From contig OX597815.1 of NCBI GenBank assembly GCA_951406725.2, forward strand, positions 152,644,001 to 152,708,000: 64,000 bases of DNA. Reading direction: 5' to 3'. Origin of the DNA: Octopus vulgaris (lineage: Eukaryota). Shown piece by piece: positions 11,741 to 24,170 of this stretch. Made by a program: the position numbers and the translations under genes. The stretch's first letter is position 1. The number at the start of each line of letters is the position of its first letter. The notes beneath the pieces are model-generated. The model saw nothing but the letters and a program-made list of their open reading frames with translations, made no database searches and was not told the origin of the DNA.

Positions 11741-13691
11741 TATATATAACTGAGAATGCATGTCTGTGTGCGTGTAAATGTGTGTCTGTCTGTCTGTATG
11801 GGTGCAACACTAAAACTCGAGAACTACCCAACTGATTTCATTCAAATTTCACATATCCCTTACTTAGGGTCCATGGAGTGTCATGGGCCAAAACAATTTC
11901 AACTTCTTGCCTAATGTGATCCTGGAGCAATCTCTTATCTCTTACACTGTTTTAGTATTACTTGTCAAAAATGAAACAATAAAATCGTTATTGTAATGTG
12001 AGTTAATATTTTCACTGTGATATATTTATGTATGTATATGTCTGTATATATATATGCATATATATGTATGCATGTATATGTATGTTTACATGTATATGCA
12101 TATATATCAGATCCGATTAGAGCCTGGTGCAGCCTTCTGGCTTGCCAGCCCTCTGTCAGACCGTCCAGTCAATGCCAGAATGGAAAGCGGATATTAAACT
12201 AAAGACACCATCATAAATACCAACTCTACTCTGTGTGTGTGTGTATGTGTGTGCGTGCATGTGTGTATGTGCATGTGTGTCTGGGCGGGTGTAAAATATA
12301 CAAATACTCATACTTTGAGATCTATATTTCCTGTTTGCACCAGCATACATAAATATGTGTGTGCGTGTGTGTATGAATGTATGTATGTATGTATGTATGT
12401 ATGTATGTATGTATGTATGTATATATGCAGATTTGTTTGTTTTGTTTTATGCATGCATTCTCATAGATATTAGTCACATATTTAGACATGCTCATAGAAA
12501 TTTAAATGATAAACCTCTGGAAAGTTTTACACATTTTTACTGTTCCAGTGGATCTGTAGTTTTTGAATCAGTTTCTCCTTTCCGGTTTTGAGAAGACCAA
12601 TTTCTCAAGATTGGCATTTATGCAGTGTGTTACATATTCCAGTGCCCCAATAATTACAGGTATAAACATGTGTGTATGTATGTGTGTGTGTGTGGTGTGT
12701 GTGTGTATGAGTGTGATTGTGTGTATTTCTATAAGCATGTACAAATGTGTATCTCTATGTGCATATATGTATGTGAGGTCGATGAAAACAACTTTCCCAC
12801 TGGCCTGAAATTGCTGGTTTTGTGCCAAAATTTGAAGCCAATGTTCCTGAAATCACATAAAGTATCTACTAAGGTTAGCACAGTTGGTAATATGGATAAA
12901 TTAGAATAAAATAGAGTTGATATTGAACCAAAACAGGGAAATATATTATTATGTTGGTATAAACAGGTGAGTTAATGACAATATTTCTGCTTTGTTTTAC
13001 AGGTGAGTTAATGACAATATTTTTGTTTGTTTTACATCTTTACTAGGTTTACTGATAGGTTATTACTGTTGTTATTCTTTAGCCAGATATCTGTCGTAAT
13101 CTAGCAGACTTATGATAAAAAGTGTCCCAAATGTGAACAGCCTGCCTTTCTTCAATTATTGTAAATTGGTAAATACATTAAACATATCTTAGTATCAAAG
13201 TATCAAACTTTGGTTTGCTACTAAGGTAAGAATACTTTTTTCTGTCTGCAAGATTAGATACAGGCTGCATAATGCAAAATTATAAATAGAAAAATAATAA
13301 ATGATCATGTCATTATTGTTCATCATCTACTTCCATGCTCCCATCCATTAGATGGGTCATCAATATCCAAGCCAGTTCTTATTCAGAGTTAACATCCACT
13401 TTGACTGCTTGAGGTACACATGCATCTCACTTAAATATTCTGGATTTTCTATAACAAGATACTCTTCTTAACACCAACCATTTTATAAAGGATATTGGGT
13501 ATGTTTTATTGTAACACAGGCACTAATAAGATTGTCATTATCATCACAATTTAAAATCGTTCTCCAGAAGTTCTTCTTGATTTATCATCATATGAAGTTG
13601 TAAGTTTTTTACAGTAGTCTGATGCTTGATATGAGATATCTCTCCGGAGTATCTTCCAAGAATGTCTCAGGTTAAAATATTTATTATAGTC

Positions 13692-13911
<220 letters not shown>

Positions 13912-15026
13912 CTTAGATTGCATGTATCTGTGCGTATATGAGGGTGTCTATCTGTCTGTATGTTTGCAACACTAAAACCCAAGATCTAGCCAACTGATGT
14001 CATTCAAATTTCCCGCATGCCTTAGTTACAGTCCATGCAGTGTCATGGGTCAAACAAATTTTCAACTTCTTGCCTAATGTGATCCTGGAGCAATCTCTTA
14101 TCTCTTACCCTGTTTCAGTATTACTTGTCAAAAGTGAAACAATAAAATCGCTAATATGAGTTAATACTTTCACTGTGATATATTTACGTATGTATATATA
14201 TGTATATATATGCATATATATGTATGCATGTATATGTATGTTTACATATATAAGCATACATATCACATCAGATTGGAGCCTGGTGCAGCCTTCTGGCTTG
14301 CCAGCCCTCAGTCAGAATTCAGCATGGAAAGCGGATATGGAATGGCGATGATGATGATGATAGAGCTTCTGCAATAGAGATCTGTGCTGGGACATAATCA
14401 TATTCACTCTAATGAAAGTCACTTATTTTCTAGTCAGATTATATACAATTTGTATAGATATCTAGTATTGCAATGTCAGATTATATACAATTTGTATAGA
14501 TATCTAGTATTGCAATGTCAGATTATATACAATTTGTATAGATATCTAGTATTGCAATGTCAGACAGTGTTTTTTTTGTATTGCATATACAACCTGTTAA
14601 CATGATAATGAATCAGATATTATTCATTAACTGATATACATTTGTATGTCTGAAATTTAACCTTATTTTGTCATAGCATCATCTTGTATCCTCATCCAAC
14701 AGATTTAAACCTTATTACCATCTGTGTCAGTTATTCTACAGTTTTTCTTGGGCAAAGAACCACTCCACTACGAACTGGGATTATTGACTTCAATAGTCCA
14801 ATAAGGTCCAGATGTTATTGTGTCCTGAAACAAAATGTGAAACATTTCTTTATAGTTATGATACTATTTAGGTATATTTTATAAAGCATTACTGTGACCT
14901 TTTGTAATTAGTTGGTCTTAATTAATATCAGTGTCAAATGTAGTACAACAGTGGTAACATGAATGGGATTAGATAATCCTTGTGATGTTGTTCTTATATT
15001 AACAAAAACATGACAGGACAGTTTCT

Positions 15027-15257
15027 TATTTCTTTATTGCCCACAAGGAGCTAAACACAGAGGGGACAAACAAGGACAGACAAAGGGATTAATTCGATTA
15101 CATCGAGCTCAGTGTGTAACAGGTACTTATTTAATCGACCCCGAAAGGATGACAGGCTAAGTCGACCTCGGCGGAATTTGAACTCAGAATGTAGCGACGG
15201 GCGAAATACCTCTAAGCATTTCGTCAACTTGCTAATGTTTCTGCCAGCTTGCCACCT
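15027..15257 (-). mobile_element. tRNA-derived SINE with 10-bp TSD GACAGTTTCT; same family at ~18580-18810(-), ~24420-24640(+), ~54357-54560(+), ~54603-54815(+), ~55505-55730(+)
   Basis: TSD at 15017-15026 and 15258-15267. Absent from the paralogous site near 5800. B-box-like gagttcaaattcc. Confidence 0.85.
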
Positions 15258-15724
15258 GACAGTTTCTGTCAGTCAGACCCTGCTACACAGGTGTAAGTTC
15301 CTAGTCCTCAAATTTACTGGTTACTCGGTTTCAACCCTATCAATGTCAACCACATGGATAAAGGAGATATCAAAGGGGAAAATAACTTTATTCGATGTAT
15401 TTAATAGAAGATTTAATTAGAGGTAACCTATATTCTTGAGAATCAGTTCTTTTGTACCATTCCAGATACTTTTCTTTTAAGAAATGGATGATTAGTTATA
15501 TATAGTTCATGATGTTGAGTGCAAATGCACAATGTTTTAGGGCTCATTACCACTGTCCGTTTCACCTGTGTAGAATTAATCATTGCTTACCTGAAAAGAA
15601 ACTGCTTTATTAAGAAGGATGAATGACAAGTAAATGTTTTTAAATATTTCAAGAATCAGATGACATTCTGGTGAACTGTAATGTAGGGAGTTAAAATTAA
15701 AGATTACCAGTGGCAACCTTTAAC

Positions 15725-15777
<53 letters not shown>

Positions 15778-16276
15778 GAGAGAGAGAGAGAGAGCTGGTG
15801 TATGATGATCCGAACTGATGTGGTGTATCATGTGTGTGTAGCTAGATCTTAGATGGCCAACCCCTGGTTGACATTAGAATTAAGCAGATGATGAGAAGAA
15901 TATTGCTTAGTAAAATCTAAACGTGAGAGAACAATGGCATATCATAGATATGACAGAAATATAATAAATGAAAGACAAAACTAAGTGATAATAATCCTTA
16001 GCAAGTGGTAAATAAATGTGATAATTGCAACATTGTTAGATTAAGTAGGATGTCTTAATATAGAGAGGAGATTTAGGAAGGCTAGTTTGATCTGTTGAGG
16101 ACCTAAATATCAAGTTATTACATGGTACCACTGTAGAAAGTATAAAAATGTTGACTGAAATCACAGTGGTCTCCAGTTGACCATTAATGATAGGAATATC
16201 TCGCAACAATAAAATATAAATTCCAATAGAGATATAGAAATTTAACTATACAGTTTAAAACTTGGAAATATTTCAG

Positions 16277-16348
16277 TGACTCTAAGACTGAGCGTGCAGG
16301 ATCTCCTAAATTTTGCTGAAAGTTTTGCACGAAAGCGGAATCATGATG
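16277..16348 (+). CDS. 72-nt symmetric phase-1 exon (xTLRLSVQDLLNFAESFARKRNHD)
   Basis: atttcag|TGACTC...CATGATG|gtaagtata. The downstream intron start resembles that of the 36-nt exons (...aattggtttctataagtttt). Confidence 0.65.
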
Positions 16349-16456
16349 GTAAGTATAAGATAAGAATACTTAATTGGTTTCTATAAGTTTTACCTACAGT
16401 TGACATCCATTGTTCATGCTGGCATGGGTTGGACTGTTTGAAATTATGAATTTCAG

Positions 16457-16492
16457 ACATAAATCTGCAGAATATACATGCACAGCCAATTG
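16457..16492 (+). CDS. 36-nt symmetric phase-1 micro-exon (xINLQNIHAQPI)
   Basis: tttcag|ACATAAATCTGCAGAATATACATGCACAGCCAATTG|gtgagt. Paralog of 4126-4161. Confidence 0.7.
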
Positions 16493-17082
16493 GTGAGTAT
16501 AAAACTGAAGTACCAAATCGATTTCTATAAGTTTTCCCTTGACCACTTGCATTGGTCAGTTTTTCTTGTGTCCCATAAAATTAGACAGTTCTTACTGCTC
16601 TTATGATGTGTTTTTTCATTCAAAGTGACACGTGAAGTGATGACAAAAGAATAATGAGAATGCAGGGAGTGAAAGTTGTGAGAAAATGAGGATAAGAATG
16701 GTGATTTGAAAGAGAGGTGGAGAATGACAAGACAGAGTAACTGTCAGTTGTGAGCCAACAGAGATGATTAATGATGTATTAACATCTTGGGAAAATGATA
16801 TTGTGAATCTGATAATTAAAGTCAAAATTACTTATAAGAACATCATTTTCAGCTTTCTAATGTAGGAAATTCAATAACAAATCTCAACTGAAAATGTTTC
16901 AGTTGTTAAAGATAATTGTTAAAGATAATTTCCTTTGTTTACAAAATCCTTATCCAGAAGTTCTTGATTTACCATCTTATGAAGATGTCAGAATTTTACA
17001 GTAGTCTGATGTTTGATATGAGATATCATCTCTTGACGCAATATCTTCCCAAAATGTCTCAGGCTAGAATATGTTTTATAGT

Positions 17083-17125
<43 letters not shown>

Positions 17126-17130
17126 AATAC

Positions 17131-18010
17131 AAGTCAGTAAATGGTGGGGTTGTGTTAACCGCACGTGGAGAAATGATAGGAGAGGAAAAAATAATAAGGC
17201 AGAATGCTAAATTGAAAGTAAATTTTAATAAAAATAGGTGTATGAAAAATTAAAAAAGAAAAAAGAAATCAAAACTGCTTTCATTGCAAGGCAAATTTTC
17301 AAGATTTGGAAGGGGAAATTTTTTTTTTAAATTGAGGAAGGGGAAAAAAGAAATTTATAATGTTCTTTTCAAAAAAGTAATAATACATATATACAAAAAT
17401 TATTGTTGGTAATGATGGAACAACAATATATCTTCTACTGTCCAGTCTGTTGTTTTGTTGGTAACTAAAGAGGTGGACATAGCCAGAAGATCATAGATAT
17501 CTGTCTTTAGTATTTTCTTCTGTTAGTGTATATCCCAGGAATAAGTGGTGGTCAAGGTGGACATAGACAATAAAGTGATTCATTTGGTGTGTAAATGTTA
17601 TTTTCTGTTGTAGGAACATTCTGGGAAGTTATAGATGTGTCTGGGTGTGAAAGTGATAGGTGTAATGTGTGTTGGATCTTCACACAAACAACAAACTGCA
17701 TCCACTTTATATTCAACTGCTCTTTTATTTTCAGTACTGTTGTGCTTGTTGTAGTTGTATAGCCACAACACCCAACCTTGATCAAGTAATATATTGTACA
17801 CATGTAGCTAACAAATGAGAACAGATGTAAATCACTGATCCATAGAAGCAGACACAGCATGTCTTCATCTTGTTGAAGTCCACACTTCCCTGACATGCGG
17901 TGATTAATTGTATGTGGCGAAATGTTGCTGTATCTGCCCTGTCCAGTCTGGTTCTCTGTATTTATTGTTGTTCTTTACTCCCAGATCAACTTGTAGTTTC
18001 TAGTGTTGAT
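17131..18010 (-). mobile_element. Penelope-like element terminal remnant
   Basis: Its end aaatggtggggttgtgtt(a/g)accgcacgtggagaaatgata is shared with the coding PLE at 38281. Abuts (TA)n. Confidence 0.55.
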
Positions 18011-18029
18011 TATATTCATAGGTGTGGGG

Positions 18030-18395
18030 GTGCAATGGCCCAGTGGTTAGGGCAGCAGTCATAGGACCACGGGTTTGATTCCCAGACCAGGTGTTATGAG
18101 TGTTTATTGAGCGAAAACACTTAAAGCTCCATGAGGCTCAGGGAGAGGGGGGGTGACCCCTGCTGTACTCTTTCACCAAAACTTTCTCTCATTCTTTCTT
18201 CCTGTTTTTCTTGTACCTGTATTTCAAAGGACCAGCCTTGTCACACTCTGTGCCATGCTGAATCTCCCCGACAACTACATTAAGGGTACCTGTGTCTGTG
18301 GAGTGCTCAGCCACATGCACGTTAATTTCACAAGCAGGCTGTTCCATTGATGGCTTCAACTGGAACCCTTGTCATTATAACCGATGGAGTGCCAC
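18030..18395 (+). mobile_element. tRNA-derived SINE (second family); truncated copy at 40018-40295, related copy at ~53110-53390(-)
   Basis: A-box tggcccagtggtt and B-box-like ggtttgattcc. Body shared with 40018-40295. Confidence 0.75.
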
Positions 18396-19301
18396 GTATG
18401 TTCATGGGTGGATTCTATTCATTTAATGAAACACCAGTTATAAAATAATTATCCTAACTGATGTAAACTCAGCTTGATTTTCTTTCACTCCCCTCTACAT
18501 TAAAATGCAATCTAGAAAGGCATGAAGATCGCAGTATAGCATTTCTCCTAGTCTGAAAGTATAATAGCATACAATATTTATTTCTTTATTGCCCACAGGG
18601 GGCTAAACTTAGAGGGGACAAACAAGGACAGACACAGGGATTAAGTCAATTACATCAACCTCAGTGTGTAACTGTTACTTATTTAATTGACCCTGAAAGG
18701 ATGCAAGGCAAAGTCGACCTCGGCGGAATTTGAACTCAGAACGTAGCGGCAGACGAAATACCACTAAGCATTTCAGTTGGCATGCTAATGATTCTGCCAG
18801 CTCACTGCCTTTACAACATAAAATATTATTTATACAATGTTCCTATTATTTACATCAATATCTTGTACCTCCCTATTGTACCTATCTACATCTAGGTAGA
18901 CTGCACTATAGAGAGTTGTGTTTATCAGGGACAGAGACCAGTGCTGGGGCTAGATTTGAACTGTTGACCCTTGACACAGGGAATCAATACAGTATCCTCT
19001 CAATCAGCTTATATCAATGATTTATCAAAATTATGAGAGGGCATTATCTATGACATTGTCGACTTGTTATGCTTTTGAAATTGATACAGAATGTACCAGT
19101 CATATACTAGGGTAAAATCAATTCACCAACAACAGTCCATGATTATCATCATCGTCTTAATGTTCATTTTTCTATGTTTGTCAGTCTTAGACAACTACTC
19201 CAGCATAACTGTTGTGATTAACTTTTGCTATGCTTTTCCACCTCTTCCTCCATCATTTTCTATTGGTTCTTTCCACTTGGAACCTTTATCTTCCATATTC
19301 T

Positions 19302-20780
19302 AGATGAACATCAATGGAATTTGTATCTTTGTGGTTCCAGTACCGGTGGCACACAAGAAAACCATCCGAACGTGGCCGTAGCCAGTACCGCATCGACTGG
19401 CCTCCGTGCTGTGGGCACAACAAACACCATCTGATCGTGGCCGTTCGCCAGCCTCATCTGGCACCTGTGTCGGTGTCGGTGGCACATAAAAACACCATCC
19501 GAAGACCCGGCGACGTAGTCAGTTCACCTGTGCATACCTTCCCTCTTATGACACTTGTGAAGACCTGTTGAGGCAAGTGTGTGACACTTGTGAAGACCTG
19601 TTGAGGCAGAGGCAAGTGTGTGACACTTTGTGAAGACCTGTTGAGGCAGAGGCAAGGGTGTGACACTTGTGGAGACCTGTTGAGGCAAGTGTGTGACACG
19701 TGTGACACTTGTGAAGACCTGTTGAGGCAAGTGAAAATCAAACCAAATCAAAATAGATGAACATCAGTGGAATTGTATCTTTGTGGTTCCAGTACCGATG
19801 GCACACAAGAAAACCATCCGATCGTGGCCGCCAGCCTCATCTGGCACCTGTGTCGGTGGCACATAAAAACACCATCCGAAGACCCGGCGACGTAGTCAGT
19901 CCACCTGTGCATACCTTCCTACTTATGACACTTGTGAAGACCTGTTGAGGCAAGTGTGTGACACTTGTGTAGACCTGTTGAGGCAAGTGAAAATCAAATC
20001 AAATCAAATCAAACCAAATCAAAATAGATGAACATCAATGGAATTTGTGTCTTTGTGGTACCAGTGCCGGTGGCACACAGGAAAACCATCCGAACGTGGC
20101 CGTGGCTAGTGCCGCATCGACTGGCCTCCGTGCTGTGGGCACGCAACAAACACCATCCGATCGTGGCCGTTCGCCAGCCTCATCTGGCACCTGTGTCGGT
20201 GGCACATAAAAACACCATCCGAAGACCCGGCAAGACTAGTCAGGCCATAACCCGTGGCCCCTACCTGGGACGTAGTCAGTCCACCTGTGCATACCTTCCT
20301 TCTTGTGACACTTGTGAAGACCTGTTGAGGCAAGTGAAAATCAAATCAAAACAAATCAAAATAGATGAACATCAATGGAATTTGTATCTTTGTGGTACCA
20401 GTGCCGGTGGCACACAAGAAAATCATCCGAACGTGGCCGTAGCCAGTACCGCATAGACTGGCCTCCGTGCTTTGGGAACGCAACAGACACCATCCGATCG
20501 TGGCCGTCCGCCAGCCTCATCTGGCACCTGTGTCGGTGGCACATAAAAACACCATCCGAGCGTTGCCGTTCGCCAGCCTCGTCTGGCACCTGTGTCGGTG
20601 GCACATAAAATCACCCACTACACTCTCGGAGTGGTTGGCGTTAGGAAGGGCATCCAGCTGTAGAAACACTGCCAGATCTGACTGGCCTGGTGCAGCCTTC
20701 GGGCTCCCCAGACCCCAGTTGAACCGTCCAACCCATGCTAGCATGGAAAACGGACGCTAAATGATGATGATGATGATGAT
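19302..20780 (+). repeat. Tandemly amplified RTE-type 3'-UTR/SINE body (4 units) ending in a SINE tail and (ATG)n
   Basis: Unit start agatgaacatca(a/g)tggaat at about 19302, 19754, 20026 and 20362. Internal sub-repeat gacacttgtgaagacctgttgaggcaag. Confidence 0.85.
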
Positions 20781-22023
20781 GATTCCTTCTATATCTGTAT
20801 CATCTCTTTTGTGCACTATCTCTTATTCTTCTGAGATCCACATTTTCTTCCAACTCATCTTAGTTCCAGCATTCCTTCATACTAACATACTTCTAGTGAA
20901 GTATGCTTACCTTATTTCTTGTCAGTTTTTATACATCCTCCGCATTCAATGCAGCATTACACTTTACAAATAAACATCATACAATCTACTCTTCATCTAG
21001 GCATGGAATCCCTTAGTTGCCAGTGAACATAATAGCTTTCAGTGCATTCTTCACTTAACTTTTTTTTCTCTAACTAAAATGTTACATACAAAGTGCTTTC
21101 TCTCTGTCAATCTACCTCTGATCCAACTATACCTCTAATGTATAATGGGTATACCATATCGAATTCCTATCCCCACCCCCACCCACCTTTCTTGCATGTC
21201 AAATATGATAACTCTCCAGATGATAAAGATACTGATTGATGCAGTGATTCCTTCAGGACCTAACTGTTGTAGATGTAAGGTCCAGATGTTGGTGACTCCT
21301 GTCTTCTTTCCTGTTAACTAAAATTCTTTTCATTGCTTGGTTTCCTTTCAGACCTCTCCATTACCAACTTCTCTATAAAACTGTGGCCTTGATCCAGAGC
21401 AAAATTTCCTATGAGTCATGAACCCTAGTTCATGTTTATAGCTATTGTGTTTTATAATATATGATGTCTATCTGACAATATTATATTTTGCATTTTGTGT
21501 AGCTGAGATTATTCTGGTATCATATTTGTATTTCATTGGTCTTGCTGCAGCCAATATTACTAGTATTGTTTGATAGTCTAATCCCTGCTGTCTACATGTT
21601 GATATGTTATAAATATTAAATAGCCAGAGAAGGAGAGGCATTTCATATGCCCTTTTCAGGAATTGATCATGTGATGTTATCAGGTGATCTTCAATGTTAG
21701 GAGCAAATGGTGTAACTGTTGACGATCTATGTTGATTCTTTTGGCTCTGATACACTTTTGCCTACACAAACACTTTTCCTTCCATTTGTTTACCAAAAAT
21801 TTTCCCAAAAGTAATTTTTAATTTATCTTTAATTTCTTCTCCACCTTCATCCTTTCTTTCAACCGCTGATATTTTTATCAACATCTTTAAAAACTGAGAA
21901 CAATGTCTTATACTTTTCATGTTTCTTAACAATGCTTATTTCTCTACTGATAAAGTTTCTTTATTATATTTATATTACTGCTAATGTTGTTGCTATTAGT
22001 TCTTGTTTTTGTGTCTTTTGCAG

Positions 22024-22142
22024 GTATCTATCTGGACATTGCTTCTGACACCCTAGCAAATATCAACCAGGATAATGATAATACCAGAGTAAAACAGAGC
22101 TTTCAGATGCTAGAATCAGAGCATAGAAGCAGCGAGTGTTAA
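22024..22142 (+). CDS. Phase-1 exon ending in a stop; death-domain-like peptide GIYLDIASDTLANINQDNDNTRVKQSFQMLESEHRSSEC*
   Basis: Strong acceptor ttcttgtttttgtgtcttttgcag. Pattern G.YL.I....L.NI..DN......Q.FQML resembles death-domain helices 2-4. The domain looks truncated. Confidence 0.55.
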
Positions 22143-22539
22143 CCTGCTCTGAAATAACCACCATTAGGCAAAAAGTAAATTTCTGAGTAAATGCAGATGT
22201 TGTTTAGCCCAAGGCCAATCTTGGCCAGACAGAAACCTATGATCTAATGCATCCCAGCCAGAATCGATTTTCAGTGATCATTGCTCATTTTTCTACAAAA
22301 AAAAAAAAACTCTATGAATGTATATTTCAAAATAAATCCATAGATTTAAAATTTAATAACCGTTTGGAAAATTCTGTCACATAAAAATTATGACACAAGG
22401 CACTGAGGCAATATATTACTTACTTTTTTCTTCTTTTTTTTTTGGGAGTGGGCAGTACTGTTAGTCTAACACAATGAAAGAAAAGTTTTTCATGTGTGAG
22501 TAAATTTGGTAAATGGAAATTGACAGAAGCTCATCATAT

Positions 22540-24170
22540 ATCATCATCATCATCATCATCATCGTTTAACGTCCGTTTTCCATGCTAGCATGAGTTGGAC
22601 AGTTCGACCGGGGTCTGGGAAGCCAGGAGGCTGCACCAGGCTCCAGTCTGGTTTGGCAATGTTTCTACAGCTGGATGCCCTTCCTAAAGCCAACCACTCC
22701 TTGAGTGTAGTGGGTGCTTTTTATGTGCCACTGGCACAGGGGCCAAAGGTGGCTGGCAAACGGCCACGATCGGCTGGTGCTTTTTACATATCACCGACAC
22801 AGATGCCAGTCAGGCGGCACTGGCATTAGCCATGTTCAGATGGTGCTTTTTACGTGCCAGCAGCATAGGAATCTTAACTACAATTTCCATTTGATTTTTA
22901 TTTTGATGTTGGTGTTGACGTACTTGACTCAATAGGTCTCCTCAAGAGCAGCGGGTCACTTTACGATCCAAAGTTAGCACAGTAGGCCATCCTGTGTGCC
23001 ATGAACTCACTTCATTTGTCGGGTCTTAGCAGTCACAGCATATCTCAGAGGTCTCAGTCTTTCATCATTTCCTCTGTGAGGCCCAATGTGCCACCAGCAT
23101 GGGTATCACAACTACAATATCCATTTGATTTTTATTTTGATGTTGATGTACTTGACTCAAGCATAGCAGGTCACCCTACGAACCAAGGTTAGCACAGAAG
23201 GCCATCCTGCAAACCATGAACTCACTTCATTTGTTGGGTCTGTGAAATCACAGCATATCTCCAGAGGTCTCGATCTTTCATCATTGCCTCTGTGAGGCCC
23301 AACGTACAAAGGTCATGCTTGAACACCTCATCCCATGTTTTCCTGGGTCTACCTCTACCCCAGATTCCTTCAACAGTTTGGGAGTGGCACTTCTTCACAC
23401 ATCTCTCCTCATCCATCTGTAGTACATGACCATACCAACGCAAATGTCTCTCCTGCATGCCACATCTGATGCTTCTTACGTCAAACATTTCTCTCAAGAC
23501 GTTTACACTCTGACGTGCATGGACACTGACATTACACATCCAGCGAATCATGCTAGCTTCATTTCTTTTGAGCCTACACATGTCGTCTGCAGTCACAGCC
23601 CATGTTTCACTGCCTTGAAGCATGGCAATTTTCACACATGTGTTGTACAATCTACCTTTCACTTTGAGCGAGAGACCCTTTGTCGCCAGTAGGGGAAGAA
23701 GCTTTCTAAACTTTGCCCGGGCTATTCTTATTCTAGTGGTAACACTCTCTGACCATCCACCCCCACTACTAACTAGGCAGCAGAAACTATCAACTACTTC
23801 TAGTTTCTTCCCCTGGAGTGTAATGGAATCTGTTTTTTGAGTGCCATACATGAAAGCTATCTTCTCGGTTAATTTTCCTTTGATGTTGCTGTGCCTCTTT
23901 TGTGTCCATAGCTTACACTGGGTACATCTTCTGGAGTTTCTACCTACACCTTTTCTACAGATCGAGCAGGGCCACCTACCTATGGGTGTGTGTGGTGAGT
24001 TTGCCTTCCTACTCACTAGAACTTTGGTCTTTGCTACATTGACTCTAAGGCCTTTTGATTCTAAACCTAGCTTCCACAAACGAAATTTTTTCTCTAGTTC
24101 CAGTAGTGATTCTGCTACGAGGGCTAGGTCATCAGCATAGAGGAGCTCCCAGGGGCAATCCATCTCGAAT
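22540..24170 (-). mobile_element. RTE-clade LINE, 5'-truncated (RT C-terminal part and 3' UTR)
   Basis: ORF 23222-24163: LLYADD, GLRVNVAKTK, GSETW, LRWYGHV, GRGRPRKTW. (CAT)n tail near 22540-22563. Confidence 0.92.

Noticed and set aside
13193-13225. 33-nt candidate micro-exon with a gtaaga donor
   Set aside because: Contains TAA in the phase-1 frame used by the array and has a weak acceptor.
15580-15606. Minus-strand recursive-splice-like motif tttcttttcag|gtaagc
   Set aside because: No minus-strand gene can be shown to span this position; could be chance.
21257-21274. 18-nt AG...GT candidate micro-exon
   Set aside because: Lies in what appears to be a decayed antisense RTE fragment; no paralog support.
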